64,000 bases of DNA from an uncultured Sphingomonadaceae bacterium (GTDB taxonomy: Bacteria; Pseudomonadota; Alphaproteobacteria; Sphingomonadales; Sphingomonadaceae): assembly GCA_964406535.1 (NCBI GenBank), contig CAYOSE010000003.1:127-64126 (forward strand). The letters are read 5' to 3'. Below, piece after piece: positions 29,459 to 38,270 of this stretch (the first letter of the stretch is position 1; the number at the start of each line of letters is the position of its first letter). A program made the translations under genes and the position numbers. The notes under the pieces were generated by a model. That model made no database searches, had not been told where the DNA came from, and was given only the letters and a program-made list of their open reading frames with translations.

Positions 29459-30040
29459 ATGACAAGCAAACGCGCTTTCGCTTTGCACGTTGATGCGGAC
29501 ATGCAAAGAAAACGCGAAAATCTTTACACGTTAGCGGAATTGCGGATGCAGCAACTTGGGCCGGACAATGCCATCTGGGATGATGGCGAATGGATCAGCT
29601 GGGACGAGATCAACAAGCAAATCCAGTACAAGGAATGGCGGGCAAAATATCGCAATGCCGATCTGTCGCTGGTCTCGATATTCGAGAACCTGATCGCCAC
29701 GGCTGAAGATTATCACCTTCACACAGGCAAGCACCTTCAGGTGTATGGCGATATCGGAGAACTCTACGGGGCGATCACGCACGGCATCAAGCTGCACCGC
29801 AACTACGCTCAAGGATCGGACGGACGGCTCGGCAACGATCTGGTCGAGGTCAAGACAATCACGCCATTCAAGAGCAATGACCGGGTCACGCTGAACCTCA
29901 AACGGAACTTCAGCATGGTATTTCTGGTCAAGATTACATCTGACTTCGAAGTGCGCGGGAAGCTCATTCCACGCAGGGCCTTGCCCCGTGTGAAGGGTGA
30001 CAAGCTGGTTCTTGAATGGACTGATGTTGGGCGCGGGTGA
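29459..30040 (+). CDS. DUF6998-like putative PD-(D/E)XK nuclease
   Basis: 193 aa; VYGDIGELYGA...AQGSDG...LVEVKT; start uncertain. Confidence 0.6.
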   Translation: MTSKRAFALHVDADMQRKRENLYTLAELRMQQLGPDNAIWDDGEWISWDEINKQIQYKEWRAKYRNADLSLVSIFENLIATAEDYHLHTGKHLQVYGDIGELYGAITHGIKLHRNYAQGSDGRLGNDLVEVKTITPFKSNDRVTLNLKRNFSMVFLVKITSDFEVRGKLIPRRALPRVKGDKLVLEWTDVGRG

Positions 30041-30066
30041 ACCCCGAATTCAGCTGTTCTTGTCCT

Positions 30067-30330
30067 TTAAGGTGCGAGATGCAGAGGGTATCCGGCCAAG
30101 TCCGAAAATTGACGAGCGACTGCTTTCGCCTTGGCCTCATCGACATTCATTTCTGCGATGAAGGCCAACTGGACCGCCGGTGCAATCTCTGAGAAGAAAG
30201 CGAAAGCAGCGGCATTGTGTGCCTGCGCGCTTGAAGGGTCTGCGATAAGCGCTGCGAGCTGCTGAGCGGATTGCTTGGTCCCATAGGGACCGTTCACCGT
30301 TGCCAACACTCGTGTAGTAAGTTTGCTCAT
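30067..30330 (-). CDS. Small hypothetical protein (87 aa)
   Basis: MSKLTTRVLATVNGPYG...AFFSEIAPAVQLAF; divergent from the NTase gene. Confidence 0.55.
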   Translation of the reverse strand: MSKLTTRVLATVNGPYGTKQSAQQLAALIADPSSAQAHNAAAFAFFSEIAPAVQLAFIAEMNVDEAKAKAVARQFSDLAGYPLHLAP

Positions 30331-30473
30331 CGCAGCTCTCGCCCAATTTATCCCATAAAGGAAGATGCATCCGGTTGGACCGTCAAGGCAAGGATGGTCC
30401 ATGAAGTATGGTTCCAAAGGGCATTTATCCCGCGTTTATTGAAAATTGGAGATTTGCGGGATAAAACTCGCGT

Positions 30474-31454
30474 ATGGCCATCATCCAACCCTTCTCCGCT
30501 GAGCAGGAACGAGCGCTCATCAACATGCGCCAGCGCTACGATGTGTGGATCGAAGCCGAGCGCGAACTCTTCGCGATGCCGTACGACCTGAAGCGTAAGA
30601 AGATCGGAGAGTACGAGTACCTCTATGAGGTTTTTGATCGCGTAGGAAACGGCAAAAGTCTCGGCGCGTGGGACGACGAAAAGGAAGTCCAGTTTGAGGA
30701 TTACAAGGCTGCAAAAGCTTCCTTGAAGGAGCGCCGCGACGGCGCACGGGATGCTCTTAATGAGAGCAGCCGGATTGCTCGCGCACTGCGCTTGCCGATG
30801 CTGTCAGCGGACGCCGGACCCATTCTCCGTGAGGCGGACAGACGGTCGCTTCTCGGTAGTCACCTGCTTGTTGTCGGCACCAACGCAATGGCAGCCTATG
30901 CCATCGAAGCGGCAGGCACGTTTCGCGATGTGCCGGATGAAACCGAAGACTTCGATCTTGCCTGGGCGGCGGACGAACCGGAAGATGGGACTCTGCTATG
31001 GGACTTGCTCAAGGCGGTCGATCCGACGTTCACGATCAATACCGAGCGGGAATTCCAGGCGCGCAACGCGAAGGCCTATGAAGTCGAATTGCTGGTCGCA
31101 CCATCGCGTGTCGAAACGCTCGCCGGAAAGGATCGGCCTCGACCTGTTCCGCTACCCGAACAGGAATGGCTCTTGCCCGGTCGGCGGGTAGACCAGGTCG
31201 TCCCATGCCGAGATGGTAGCCCGGCGCGCATCGTCGCACCTGACCCCCGCTGGTTCGCGCTCCACAAACTGTGGTTGGGCGCTCAGGCCAAGCGGAACCC
31301 GCTCAAGCGGCGCAAGGACACGGTGCAGGGAGCGGCGCTACTCGACGCGATCTCTGAGGCAATGCCGCACTATCCATTGGGCCCTGAGTTTGTGGACGAC
31401 CTGCCGAGCGACCTCATGCCTTTCTGGAGTGAATGGGTGCAGCACCGGGAGTAA
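30474..31454 (+). CDS. GSU2403-family nucleotidyltransferase-fold protein
   Basis: 326 aa; LVVGTNAMAAY...TEDFDLAW, APDPRWFALHKLW, KRRKDTVQG. Confidence 0.82.
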   Translation: MAIIQPFSAEQERALINMRQRYDVWIEAERELFAMPYDLKRKKIGEYEYLYEVFDRVGNGKSLGAWDDEKEVQFEDYKAAKASLKERRDGARDALNESSRIARALRLPMLSADAGPILREADRRSLLGSHLLVVGTNAMAAYAIEAAGTFRDVPDETEDFDLAWAADEPEDGTLLWDLLKAVDPTFTINTEREFQARNAKAYEVELLVAPSRVETLAGKDRPRPVPLPEQEWLLPGRRVDQVVPCRDGSPARIVAPDPRWFALHKLWLGAQAKRNPLKRRKDTVQGAALLDAISEAMPHYPLGPEFVDDLPSDLMPFWSEWVQHRE

Positions 31455-31464
31455 CCGTCGGCAC

Positions 31465-33327
31465 CTAGAACGCCTGCTCTTCAATCTGCGGCGCGATGTG
31501 CTCTTTCCAGTAAGGCAGGAGAGGGGCAACCGTCATCTGATAGATCAGCCAGCAAGCATAGATCGCATCCGCACTATAGCACAGTCCATCGGTGAGCTTG
31601 CCATGTGCCGCTTCGTGACGAAGGGCCGGGCCGGGGCGGTAATTGAACAGCATGTCGATCTCGTGAACGAGATCGACACCAAACACCCCTTCCACCTCCT
31701 CGCGCATGTGATCGAGAAGACTGCTCAAGGATCGATCATCCTGGGTGAGGTCGGACATCATTTTGGGGCTGTGCGCATTGGCGTTCTTCAGGACATAGCG
31801 AATAGCGTTTTCAAGCTGGGGAATGAGGATATGGGCTGCAGAGATAAAATCGCCCTGGAACATCCGCGCAAAGCCGAGCGCGAATGTATGGTGATAGCCG
31901 TTCTCCACGAATGGGCTGTTATATACGATGGGCAGGAAATGCCGCTCTTCTAGCGGGAATGTGCTCACGACAAAACGCCGTGCGGGATCGATCATCCCTC
32001 CTACGACCTGCTGACGGTGTATCTCGCACGCCAGCAGGGATTGCGCCTTGTACCAATCGGTCTTGTCGGCATCCCCATCGGGCTTGGCCTCGGTCTGCGC
32101 ATAGACCTTGCCCTCGCGATCGGCATGGCTTCCGGCAAACATGGAACTCATGATGAACTTCTCGGAAGATTCGTCCGCGTTGCGTTCGAGTGCCTCTCTG
32201 GATTGGGGCTGGCTCAACAAAGCGAACTGCACCAGAATATCGGGCAGGGTGAGGGTTTGAAACAGCGCCACCGTGCCGCTCGCCAGTTCGGAGATGTCCA
32301 GCTTGTAGGGGATACCGGCAAAGTCATCGAGCGAAGCTTCTTCCAGCGCACGCAACTCCTTTCGTAGCTCAGCAATGCGATCCTTATTGCCGCCAAAACG
32401 CCGCAACTTGTCGATCGCCACGCGCACCCAATGCGCTTCAGCTGAGGCCTGCCCGACCTGCGAGCGCATCTTCAAATCCTGCTCGACGATGGCATCCTGT
32501 GCACGCTTCTGATTGTCCTTGTCGCCAAGCTTTGCATAGCCGCGTTCTGCGAGCTCCCACACGCCCTGAACCGCCATCGGATAATCATGGCCTTCAATAT
32601 CGGCGACAATGGCTTCTGCGCCTTTGAGTACCTTCTCCCACCCAAAGATGTCGTAGCCTAGGGCAATGTCGGCAACATGGCAGAAGGCGACATAGGACTG
32701 CGCAGCAACGCACGCGTCAAAAAGAGTATCGAGAACATCGGTTATGGACGAGGGCAGGGCACTGATCTTGTGGACGCGCGCGGCCACACTCATCATGCGT
32801 GTGGCGATATCTGCCATATCGAGCAGGTGGGTATCATCGCCATGTGAGCGATGTAGCTCGCCGGCAAGCCGACGCTTGATGATTTCACCATAGGCTTCGA
32901 CCGCCAGCTTTCCGACGTCGCCGCGCTTGCGGTCGTTATGCCAGGCTAAATCGGCAAGACGCGCCTTGAGCACCGGATGTTCAACAGTGACTGCAAACTC
33001 GGCAAATATTGTGCTCTGCCCACCGCGAAAATCGCTAGCGGTGCAAGTGCGTCCTTCCGGCCCCTGGAGCATTGGTCCGAAGGGCTCTGCCCGATCATGC
33101 ACCTTCAAATGAATATTGAGAACATCATGGAGCAGGCCCAGCGCTTTGCGCCGCTCTTCATTGCCTTCTTTCTCCGAATTCGCCCGCGCTTCGCGCAGAG
33201 GCTTGGTCAGTGCAAATGGATCACTGCCCTCATTTCCTGCCAGCAGAGCATTCACATTGAGCGCGTTGAGGTCGGCCAAGGAGATGACCTCAAGTTCGGA
33301 TTGAGTTTGGGCGTCTACATCAGCCAT
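31465..33327 (-). CDS. DUF4209-like protein with C-terminal HEPN motif (putative RNase)
   Basis: 620 aa; AHILIPQLENAIRYVL and LRHEAAHG (RxxxxH) near the C-terminus. Confidence 0.75.
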   Translation of the reverse strand: MADVDAQTQSELEVISLADLNALNVNALLAGNEGSDPFALTKPLREARANSEKEGNEERRKALGLLHDVLNIHLKVHDRAEPFGPMLQGPEGRTCTASDFRGGQSTIFAEFAVTVEHPVLKARLADLAWHNDRKRGDVGKLAVEAYGEIIKRRLAGELHRSHGDDTHLLDMADIATRMMSVAARVHKISALPSSITDVLDTLFDACVAAQSYVAFCHVADIALGYDIFGWEKVLKGAEAIVADIEGHDYPMAVQGVWELAERGYAKLGDKDNQKRAQDAIVEQDLKMRSQVGQASAEAHWVRVAIDKLRRFGGNKDRIAELRKELRALEEASLDDFAGIPYKLDISELASGTVALFQTLTLPDILVQFALLSQPQSREALERNADESSEKFIMSSMFAGSHADREGKVYAQTEAKPDGDADKTDWYKAQSLLACEIHRQQVVGGMIDPARRFVVSTFPLEERHFLPIVYNSPFVENGYHHTFALGFARMFQGDFISAAHILIPQLENAIRYVLKNANAHSPKMMSDLTQDDRSLSSLLDHMREEVEGVFGVDLVHEIDMLFNYRPGPALRHEAAHGKLTDGLCYSADAIYACWLIYQMTVAPLLPYWKEHIAPQIEEQAF

Positions 33328-33582
33328 GCCAATGATATGGCGCGATGATGCGTGGAGACAAGGCGTGCCCTTGTCGCATCCGTCACGAACTCAATGCTTC
33401 TTGTACTCCCATGGTCGAACTTGATGCTAGAAATCAGTCAGCCCGCTTAGGTGATGCCGATGTAAATTTTGATCGGCGCAGATTGCGCTGCTTTTGAGCG
33501 CCGTTATGCTTTGAAACACAGCGGTTGCAGGAGTCGAAAGTACCCGAATCCGGGAACCGAACCTTCTGAAGGGATGAAAAAT

Positions 33583-33617
33583 TGGGGGCTCTAGTGGGGG
33601 CCTTTTTTGAGGCCCCC
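33583..33617. promoter_or_regulatory. Putative integrase arm-type binding sites (right arm)
   Basis: TGGGGGC at 33583 and 33595 (12-bp period) plus inverted GAGGCCCCC at 33609-33617, mirroring 1275-1336. Confidence 0.65.
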
Positions 33618-33660
33618 AAGGTAATTTAATCCGAGAATTCCGCCGTTTTTGTTCCCTTTA

Positions 33661-33684
33661 GAGTCCTCTTCTGGCACCATTTCA
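33661..33684 (+). repeat. attR
   Basis: GAGTCCTCTTCTGG-CACCATTTCA, 24 of 25 nt identical to attL. Confidence 0.93.
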
Positions 33685-33784
33685 ACATACTTCGATGTTC
33701 GTGGGCGGCAGTTGCAGCTGTCGATACCAGTGGGTTGGGCACGGTCTCTTGTTTTAGGCGATCCCGCAGCTGCCTGAGAACAGC

Positions 33785-34450
33785 TTATCTGTCCGCCACG
33801 CGGCTGGCGTCGCAGCGGCGCTGCGCGAGCTGCAGGCCGAGCGCGATGACGCGCCCTGACAATTCCTCATTACCCTCCACGACCGCGCGAACGGCCAGCC
33901 CCCGGACCATGTTCCACAGGAAAACCGTGACATGCCTGGCCATGTCCGCGCTGATCCCGGTTGCCGCCAATCTTTGCGCCCACCCTTGCCGGGTGGTCGG
34001 CTGGAGCCGCTCTGCCAGCGCCTTGCGAGTGTCCGCCAGCGGCTTTTCCTTGGCCGAGGCGACGAGGATATCGAGCATAACCTTGTAGGAATCGGAGAAA
34101 AAGCGCGCGCGGGCGTCCTCGACAATCGCCTCCAACAACCCATCGTCCGGTGCAGTCTCGATCCGCTCCCAGCTGGCGCGCTCCATTTGCAGGACGATGC
34201 GTTCGTAGGTGGCGGCGACGAGGTCCTCCTTGGTCGGAAAGTGATGCAGCAGGCCGCCGCGCGAAACACCTGACAGCGTCGAGACATTCGCCGAGCGCAG
34301 GCCGGCATGGCGCGATTCCGACAAGATCTGATAGGCGGCGCCGAGCAGTTTCTCGCGCGTCGCAGCGCTGCGGGACTCCTGCTCTTCCGAGCCAAGATCC
34401 GGGCGCGCGACTGGCGTTATCGTTTCGTTCAACTTCGTGCTCCTGGCCAT
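33785..34450 (-). CDS. TetR/AcrR family regulator
   Basis: RSAATREKLLGAAYQIL...SGVSRGGLLHHFPTKEDL HTH; likely ATG at 34450. Confidence 0.9.
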   Translation of the reverse strand: MARSTKLNETITPVARPDLGSEEQESRSAATREKLLGAAYQILSESRHAGLRSANVSTLSGVSRGGLLHHFPTKEDLVAATYERIVLQMERASWERIETAPDDGLLEAIVEDARARFFSDSYKVMLDILVASAKEKPLADTRKALAERLQPTTRQGWAQRLAATGISADMARHVTVFLWNMVRGLAVRAVVEGNEELSGRVIALGLQLAQRRCDASRVADR

Positions 34451-34655
34451 CACGCAGTCAGCGCCGCCCCGTTCGCGGCCGCTATCTTTCGCCAATCCGC
34501 AGCCGGTTCGATTGACCTCGGGGCGAGATCATTTAGACAACTCTCGTTCCATCGGGCAAGTTCGCCGACATATGAGCGGGCCGGGACGAGTGTCCTACAA
34601 AGCCGGGACAGGATAAAGGTCGTTCCAGCAGCGGGCGAAGTGAGTGGGGCAGTAG

Positions 34656-35309
34656 TTGACATCCTCTAGCCAGAACAAACAGCCGGGTGGCAGGAAACGG
34701 CGGCGTACCCAGCAGGAACGGCGCGCGGAAACGTCCGAAAAGTTGCTCAAGGCGACGATCGATATGCTCCTCGAACGGGGCTATTCACGGTTTCGGATCG
34801 CCGATGCAGCTGCGAAGGCCAAGGTGTCGCGCGGCGGGCAGACTCACCATTACGCGACCAAGAACGACCTGATCGAGGCGGCGATCGAACATCTGTTTGC
34901 CGGCGAAGTCGGGCAGACCCAGGCCGAAGCGGCCAGCGCGGAGGATGACGAGATCTTTCGCACGACCGCGCAGCATGCCGATGACTTCTTCTCCAGCAAG
35001 CTGTTCCAGGTCTCGCTCAACATGCTGATCTCGATGGACGATCAGGAGCAGATGGCTGATGGTGTGCGCGCGATCTCGGCGCGCAGCCGTGCCCCGATCG
35101 AGGCCGCCTGGGTCAACCGGATCGCCAAACTGGGTGTCGATATCCGCGAGGCCGAGACCGTCCTCACCCTGTTGTGGAGCGTGCAACGCGGGTTCTCGAT
35201 CGGGGGGCGTATCGAAGGCGTGCCGACCGAGGCGGCCGAAGGCGCACTCGAATTCACCATCGACCTGCTGGAAGAATATTTCGATGACATCCGGTCGCGG
35301 GCGGCCTAG
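34656..35309 (+). CDS. TetR/AcrR family regulator
   Basis: RRAETSEKLLKATIDML...AKVSRGGQTHHYATKNDL HTH; TTG start uncertain. Confidence 0.9.
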   Translation: MTSSSQNKQPGGRKRRRTQQERRAETSEKLLKATIDMLLERGYSRFRIADAAAKAKVSRGGQTHHYATKNDLIEAAIEHLFAGEVGQTQAEAASAEDDEIFRTTAQHADDFFSSKLFQVSLNMLISMDDQEQMADGVRAISARSRAPIEAAWVNRIAKLGVDIREAETVLTLLWSVQRGFSIGGRIEGVPTEAAEGALEFTIDLLEEYFDDIRSRAA

Positions 35310-35504
35310 CCTCAACGCGGTCGATTACAGTTACGGCCTGCCCATCGCGACCGGCGGATTCGGGACGAGATTGCCCGGCGTTTTCAGGATTTGATCTCGC
35401 GCATTTGCAAACCGTCTATCCTGTCGATATTTGTATGTGCAGAGGCACCCGCTCATTCGGGCGGGTGCGGACCTAACAAACATCATGAGAGCAGGGATCG
35501 GGAT

Positions 35505-36668
35505 ATGAGCAAGCGGGCAGAGGCTATCGCGGAACGCGTTGAACAGTTCATCCGGACGGAAATCGTCCCCTATGAGAAGGACGAACGACGTAACCACCAT
35601 GGTGCCCCGACCGAGGAGTTGGTCGCCGAGATGCGTGCCAAGGCCGGCGCGGCAGGGGTCATGACCCCGCATATCCTGCCCGATGGCAGCCACCTGACCC
35701 AGCGCGAAACCGCGCTGGTCCTGATCAAGACGGGTCTGTCGCCGCTGGGGCCGGTCGCCTGCAACACGGCCGCCCCTGACGAAGGCAACATGTACCTGCT
35801 CGGCCATGTTGCCAGTGCCGAACACAAGGAACGGTTCCTCGCCCCCCTGCTGACGGGCGAAGCGCGCTCGGCCTTCTTCATGACCGAACCGGCGAGCGAG
35901 AACGGCGCGGGCTCCGATCCCAGCATGATGCAGACGACCTGCCACAAGGATGGCGATCACTGGGTGATCAACGGGCGCAAGGCCTTCATCACCGGGGCGT
36001 TGGGAGCAAAGGTCGGAATCGTCATGGCCAAGGCTGAGGAAGGCGCCTGCATGTTCCTGGTCGACCTGCCCGATCCGGCGATCACTTTGTATCACTCGCC
36101 CAACACGATCGACAGCGCCATGCCGGGCGAGCATGGCTTCTTCGTGATCGACAATCTGCGCCTCCCGGATGATCAGTTGCTGGGCGAGACGGGGCAGGGC
36201 TTCGCTTATGCCCAGGTGCGCCTGTCGCCCGCGCGCCTGTCGCATTGCATGCGCTGGCTGGGGGCCTGCATCCGCGCGAACGAGGTGGCGGTGGACTATG
36301 CCTGCAAACGCATGGCCTTCCGCCAGCTGCTGATCGATCACGAAGGGGTCGGCTTCATGCTGGCCGAGAACAAGATCGACCTGAAGCAGGCCGAACTCAT
36401 GATCGACTGGTGTGCCGACGTGCTCGACACCGGCTCGCTGGCGACGGTCGAAAGCTCGATGGCCAAGGTGGCGGTGTCCGAGGCGCTGATGCGCGTGGCC
36501 GATCGCTGCGTGCAGGTGATGGGCGGCATGGGCGTGACCCAGGATACCATCGTCGAACAGGTGTTTCGCGAGGTCCGCGCCTTTCGGATCTACGATGGTC
36601 CCACGGAGGTCCACAAATGGTCGCTGGCGAAGAAGATCAAGCGTGGCTGGAAGGAAGCGCAGGCCTGA
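35505..36668 (+). CDS. Acyl-CoA dehydrogenase
   Basis: ~387 aa; FFMTEP, WVINGRKAFIT, RLSHCMRWLG, QVMGGMGV, RAFRIYDGPTEVH. Confidence 0.93.
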   Translation: MSKRAEAIAERVEQFIRTEIVPYEKDERRNHHGAPTEELVAEMRAKAGAAGVMTPHILPDGSHLTQRETALVLIKTGLSPLGPVACNTAAPDEGNMYLLGHVASAEHKERFLAPLLTGEARSAFFMTEPASENGAGSDPSMMQTTCHKDGDHWVINGRKAFITGALGAKVGIVMAKAEEGACMFLVDLPDPAITLYHSPNTIDSAMPGEHGFFVIDNLRLPDDQLLGETGQGFAYAQVRLSPARLSHCMRWLGACIRANEVAVDYACKRMAFRQLLIDHEGVGFMLAENKIDLKQAELMIDWCADVLDTGSLATVESSMAKVAVSEALMRVADRCVQVMGGMGVTQDTIVEQVFREVRAFRIYDGPTEVHKWSLAKKIKRGWKEAQA

Positions 36669-36707
36669 CACGGGGCGGGCCGCGCGCCTGAGTGCCGGGT
36701 AGATCGA

Positions 36708-37244
36708 CTAGGGTGCGGTGGGGGCGATACCCTGCTGCTCGAAGGCCTCGGCCAGGTTGGCTGACATCCGGTCGAGAACCGACAGGCAGATATCGATTTC
36801 GGCCTGGTCGATTCCCTTCTGCGCGATCTCGTTGAGCCGCGTCGCATAGCCCAGAACTTCGTCTTCGAGGGCCTTGCCGCGATCGGTCAGCGAGATGCGG
36901 AACTTGCGCCGGTCGTCCGGATTCCGGTCGCGGTTGACGAGGCCTTCGGCCGCCATGGCGTTGATCAGCGCCGCTGTGGTGTTCTCGGCGGTATTGGTCA
37001 TGTCGCTGAGATATTTCTGGGTGACCCCGTCGCGGATCCACAGGATCCGCAGATAGTACCAGAAGCCGCTTTTCAGATCGTGCCGCGCGAGAAAGGCGTG
37101 GAGCAGCCGGTCGAACCGCCGATGGCAACGGCGGACCTGGTATCCGGCGCTCAGTTCCGGTTGCAGCGTGATGGGCTCCTGCGGCACTGCGCTTTGCTCC
37201 TCGAACGCGAGCAGAGCGCGCCCCGACGGGGTCGGGGCGCTCAC
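36708..37244 (-). CDS. MarR family regulator (OphR-like position)
   Basis: 178 aa; LRILWIRDGVTQKYLS...GLVNRDRNPDDRRKFRISLTDRGK. Confidence 0.88.
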   Translation of the reverse strand: MSAPTPSGRALLAFEEQSAVPQEPITLQPELSAGYQVRRCHRRFDRLLHAFLARHDLKSGFWYYLRILWIRDGVTQKYLSDMTNTAENTTAALINAMAAEGLVNRDRNPDDRRKFRISLTDRGKALEDEVLGYATRLNEIAQKGIDQAEIDICLSVLDRMSANLAEAFEQQGIAPTAP

Positions 37245-37257
37245 CTTTTGCTCCTGC

Positions 37258-38250
37258 TCAGATCACGAATTCAGAGAAGGTCTCCGGCGCGAACATATCC
37301 TCGACGGTGAGACGACGCGACGAGAGGCCCTGCTCGTGGTGGTAACGGGTGAAGGTCTCGATCACATGGCGGTTGGGCTCGACGCCATAGGGCCACCAAT
37401 TTTCGCCCATGGTCGCGATCGTGTCTTCCAGCGAGGCGACCTGCCAAGGCAGCATGGTCTTGAGCGAGGCGGTGACCTTCAGCTGCTCGTAGGTCAGCTT
37501 CTGTGCTTCCTTGAAGGCCTTGAACAGCGCCTGCGCGATCCAGCGGTTCTTTTCATAGGTTTCGCGGCGGATGGCCACGACGTGCATGATCGGGAAGATG
37601 TTGGTCTTCGCGTAATAGGCCTTTTCCACCTCGACGAAGTCGGGGAACAGGCGACGCACATTTTCGGGCTCGCTGTAGAAGGTGGACGGCGCGCGGGCAG
37701 TGTGCAGCGCGTCGATCTCGCCATCGGCGAGCATCCGGGTGAGCGTATCGGTCGGGCCGATCGGCTCGACCTTGAACTTGGCCGGCAGGTCGAGCTTCAG
37801 CTTCTCCTCACGCCCCGGCGATTCCTCGCCGCCGGTGACATAGGTCACCGACGACGGGTCGATCCCATATTCGTCCTGCAGGATGCCGCGGATCCAGACC
37901 GGCGCGGTCATCTGGTATTCGGGCACGCCGATGCGCTTGCCGACGAGGTCGGAAGGCTTCTCGATGCCGCTCTTGGCCGACACGAAGATGCACGAGTGGC
38001 GGAAGAAGCGCGACGGGAACACCGGAATGGCGATGAACGGCGGATTGTCGCGCGACAGGGTGACGCAATAGGACGACATCGACATCTCGGAGACGTCGAA
38101 TTCCTGGTGCTTGGCCTGGCGGAAGAAGGTTTCCTCGACCTCCAGCGCCTGGAAGTTGAGGTCGATCCCGTCGGGGCGGACCTCGCCGGTCTGCAGGGCC
38201 TCCGTGCGGTCGTATCCCCAGCAGGCCAGCGAAAGATTAAGGCGTGACAT
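37258..38250 (-). CDS. ophC: 4,5-dihydroxyphthalate decarboxylase (OphC/Pht5-like)
   Basis: 330 aa; LSLACWGYDRT, FDVSEMSMSSY, AIPVFPSRFFRHS, RIGVPEYQMTA, FPIMHVV. Confidence 0.88.
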   Translation of the reverse strand: MSRLNLSLACWGYDRTEALQTGEVRPDGIDLNFQALEVEETFFRQAKHQEFDVSEMSMSSYCVTLSRDNPPFIAIPVFPSRFFRHSCIFVSAKSGIEKPSDLVGKRIGVPEYQMTAPVWIRGILQDEYGIDPSSVTYVTGGEESPGREEKLKLDLPAKFKVEPIGPTDTLTRMLADGEIDALHTARAPSTFYSEPENVRRLFPDFVEVEKAYYAKTNIFPIMHVVAIRRETYEKNRWIAQALFKAFKEAQKLTYEQLKVTASLKTMLPWQVASLEDTIATMGENWWPYGVEPNRHVIETFTRYHHEQGLSSRRLTVEDMFAPETFSEFVI

Positions 38251-38270
38251 TCAGTAGTTCTCCGAAGGTT

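Larger units (their letters stand above)
1143..33684. mobile_element. Integrative mobilizable element (~32.5 kb) in tRNA-Leu(CAG), defence-rich cargo
   Basis: att direct repeats at both ends, integrase next to attL, AlpA, MobF relaxase + T4CP + RHH + oriT, no VirB/Tra mating-pair genes. Confidence 0.92.

Noticed and set aside
29230-33460. GCTTAGGTGAyGCyGA direct repeat at 29230-29245 and 33445-33460 flanking a cargo block
   Set aside because: A 14/16 match is expected by chance many times among all position pairs in 32 kb; no other support for a sub-element
33420-33580. Possible gene remnant or ncRNA just inside attR
   Set aside because: Only a 61-aa ORF without an RBS or motif and no clear secondary structure
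1143-33684. Calling the element an ICE or prophage
   Set aside because: No VirB/Tra mating-pair genes and no phage structural genes lie between the att sites; only relaxase, T4CP and RHH are present, so IME fits better
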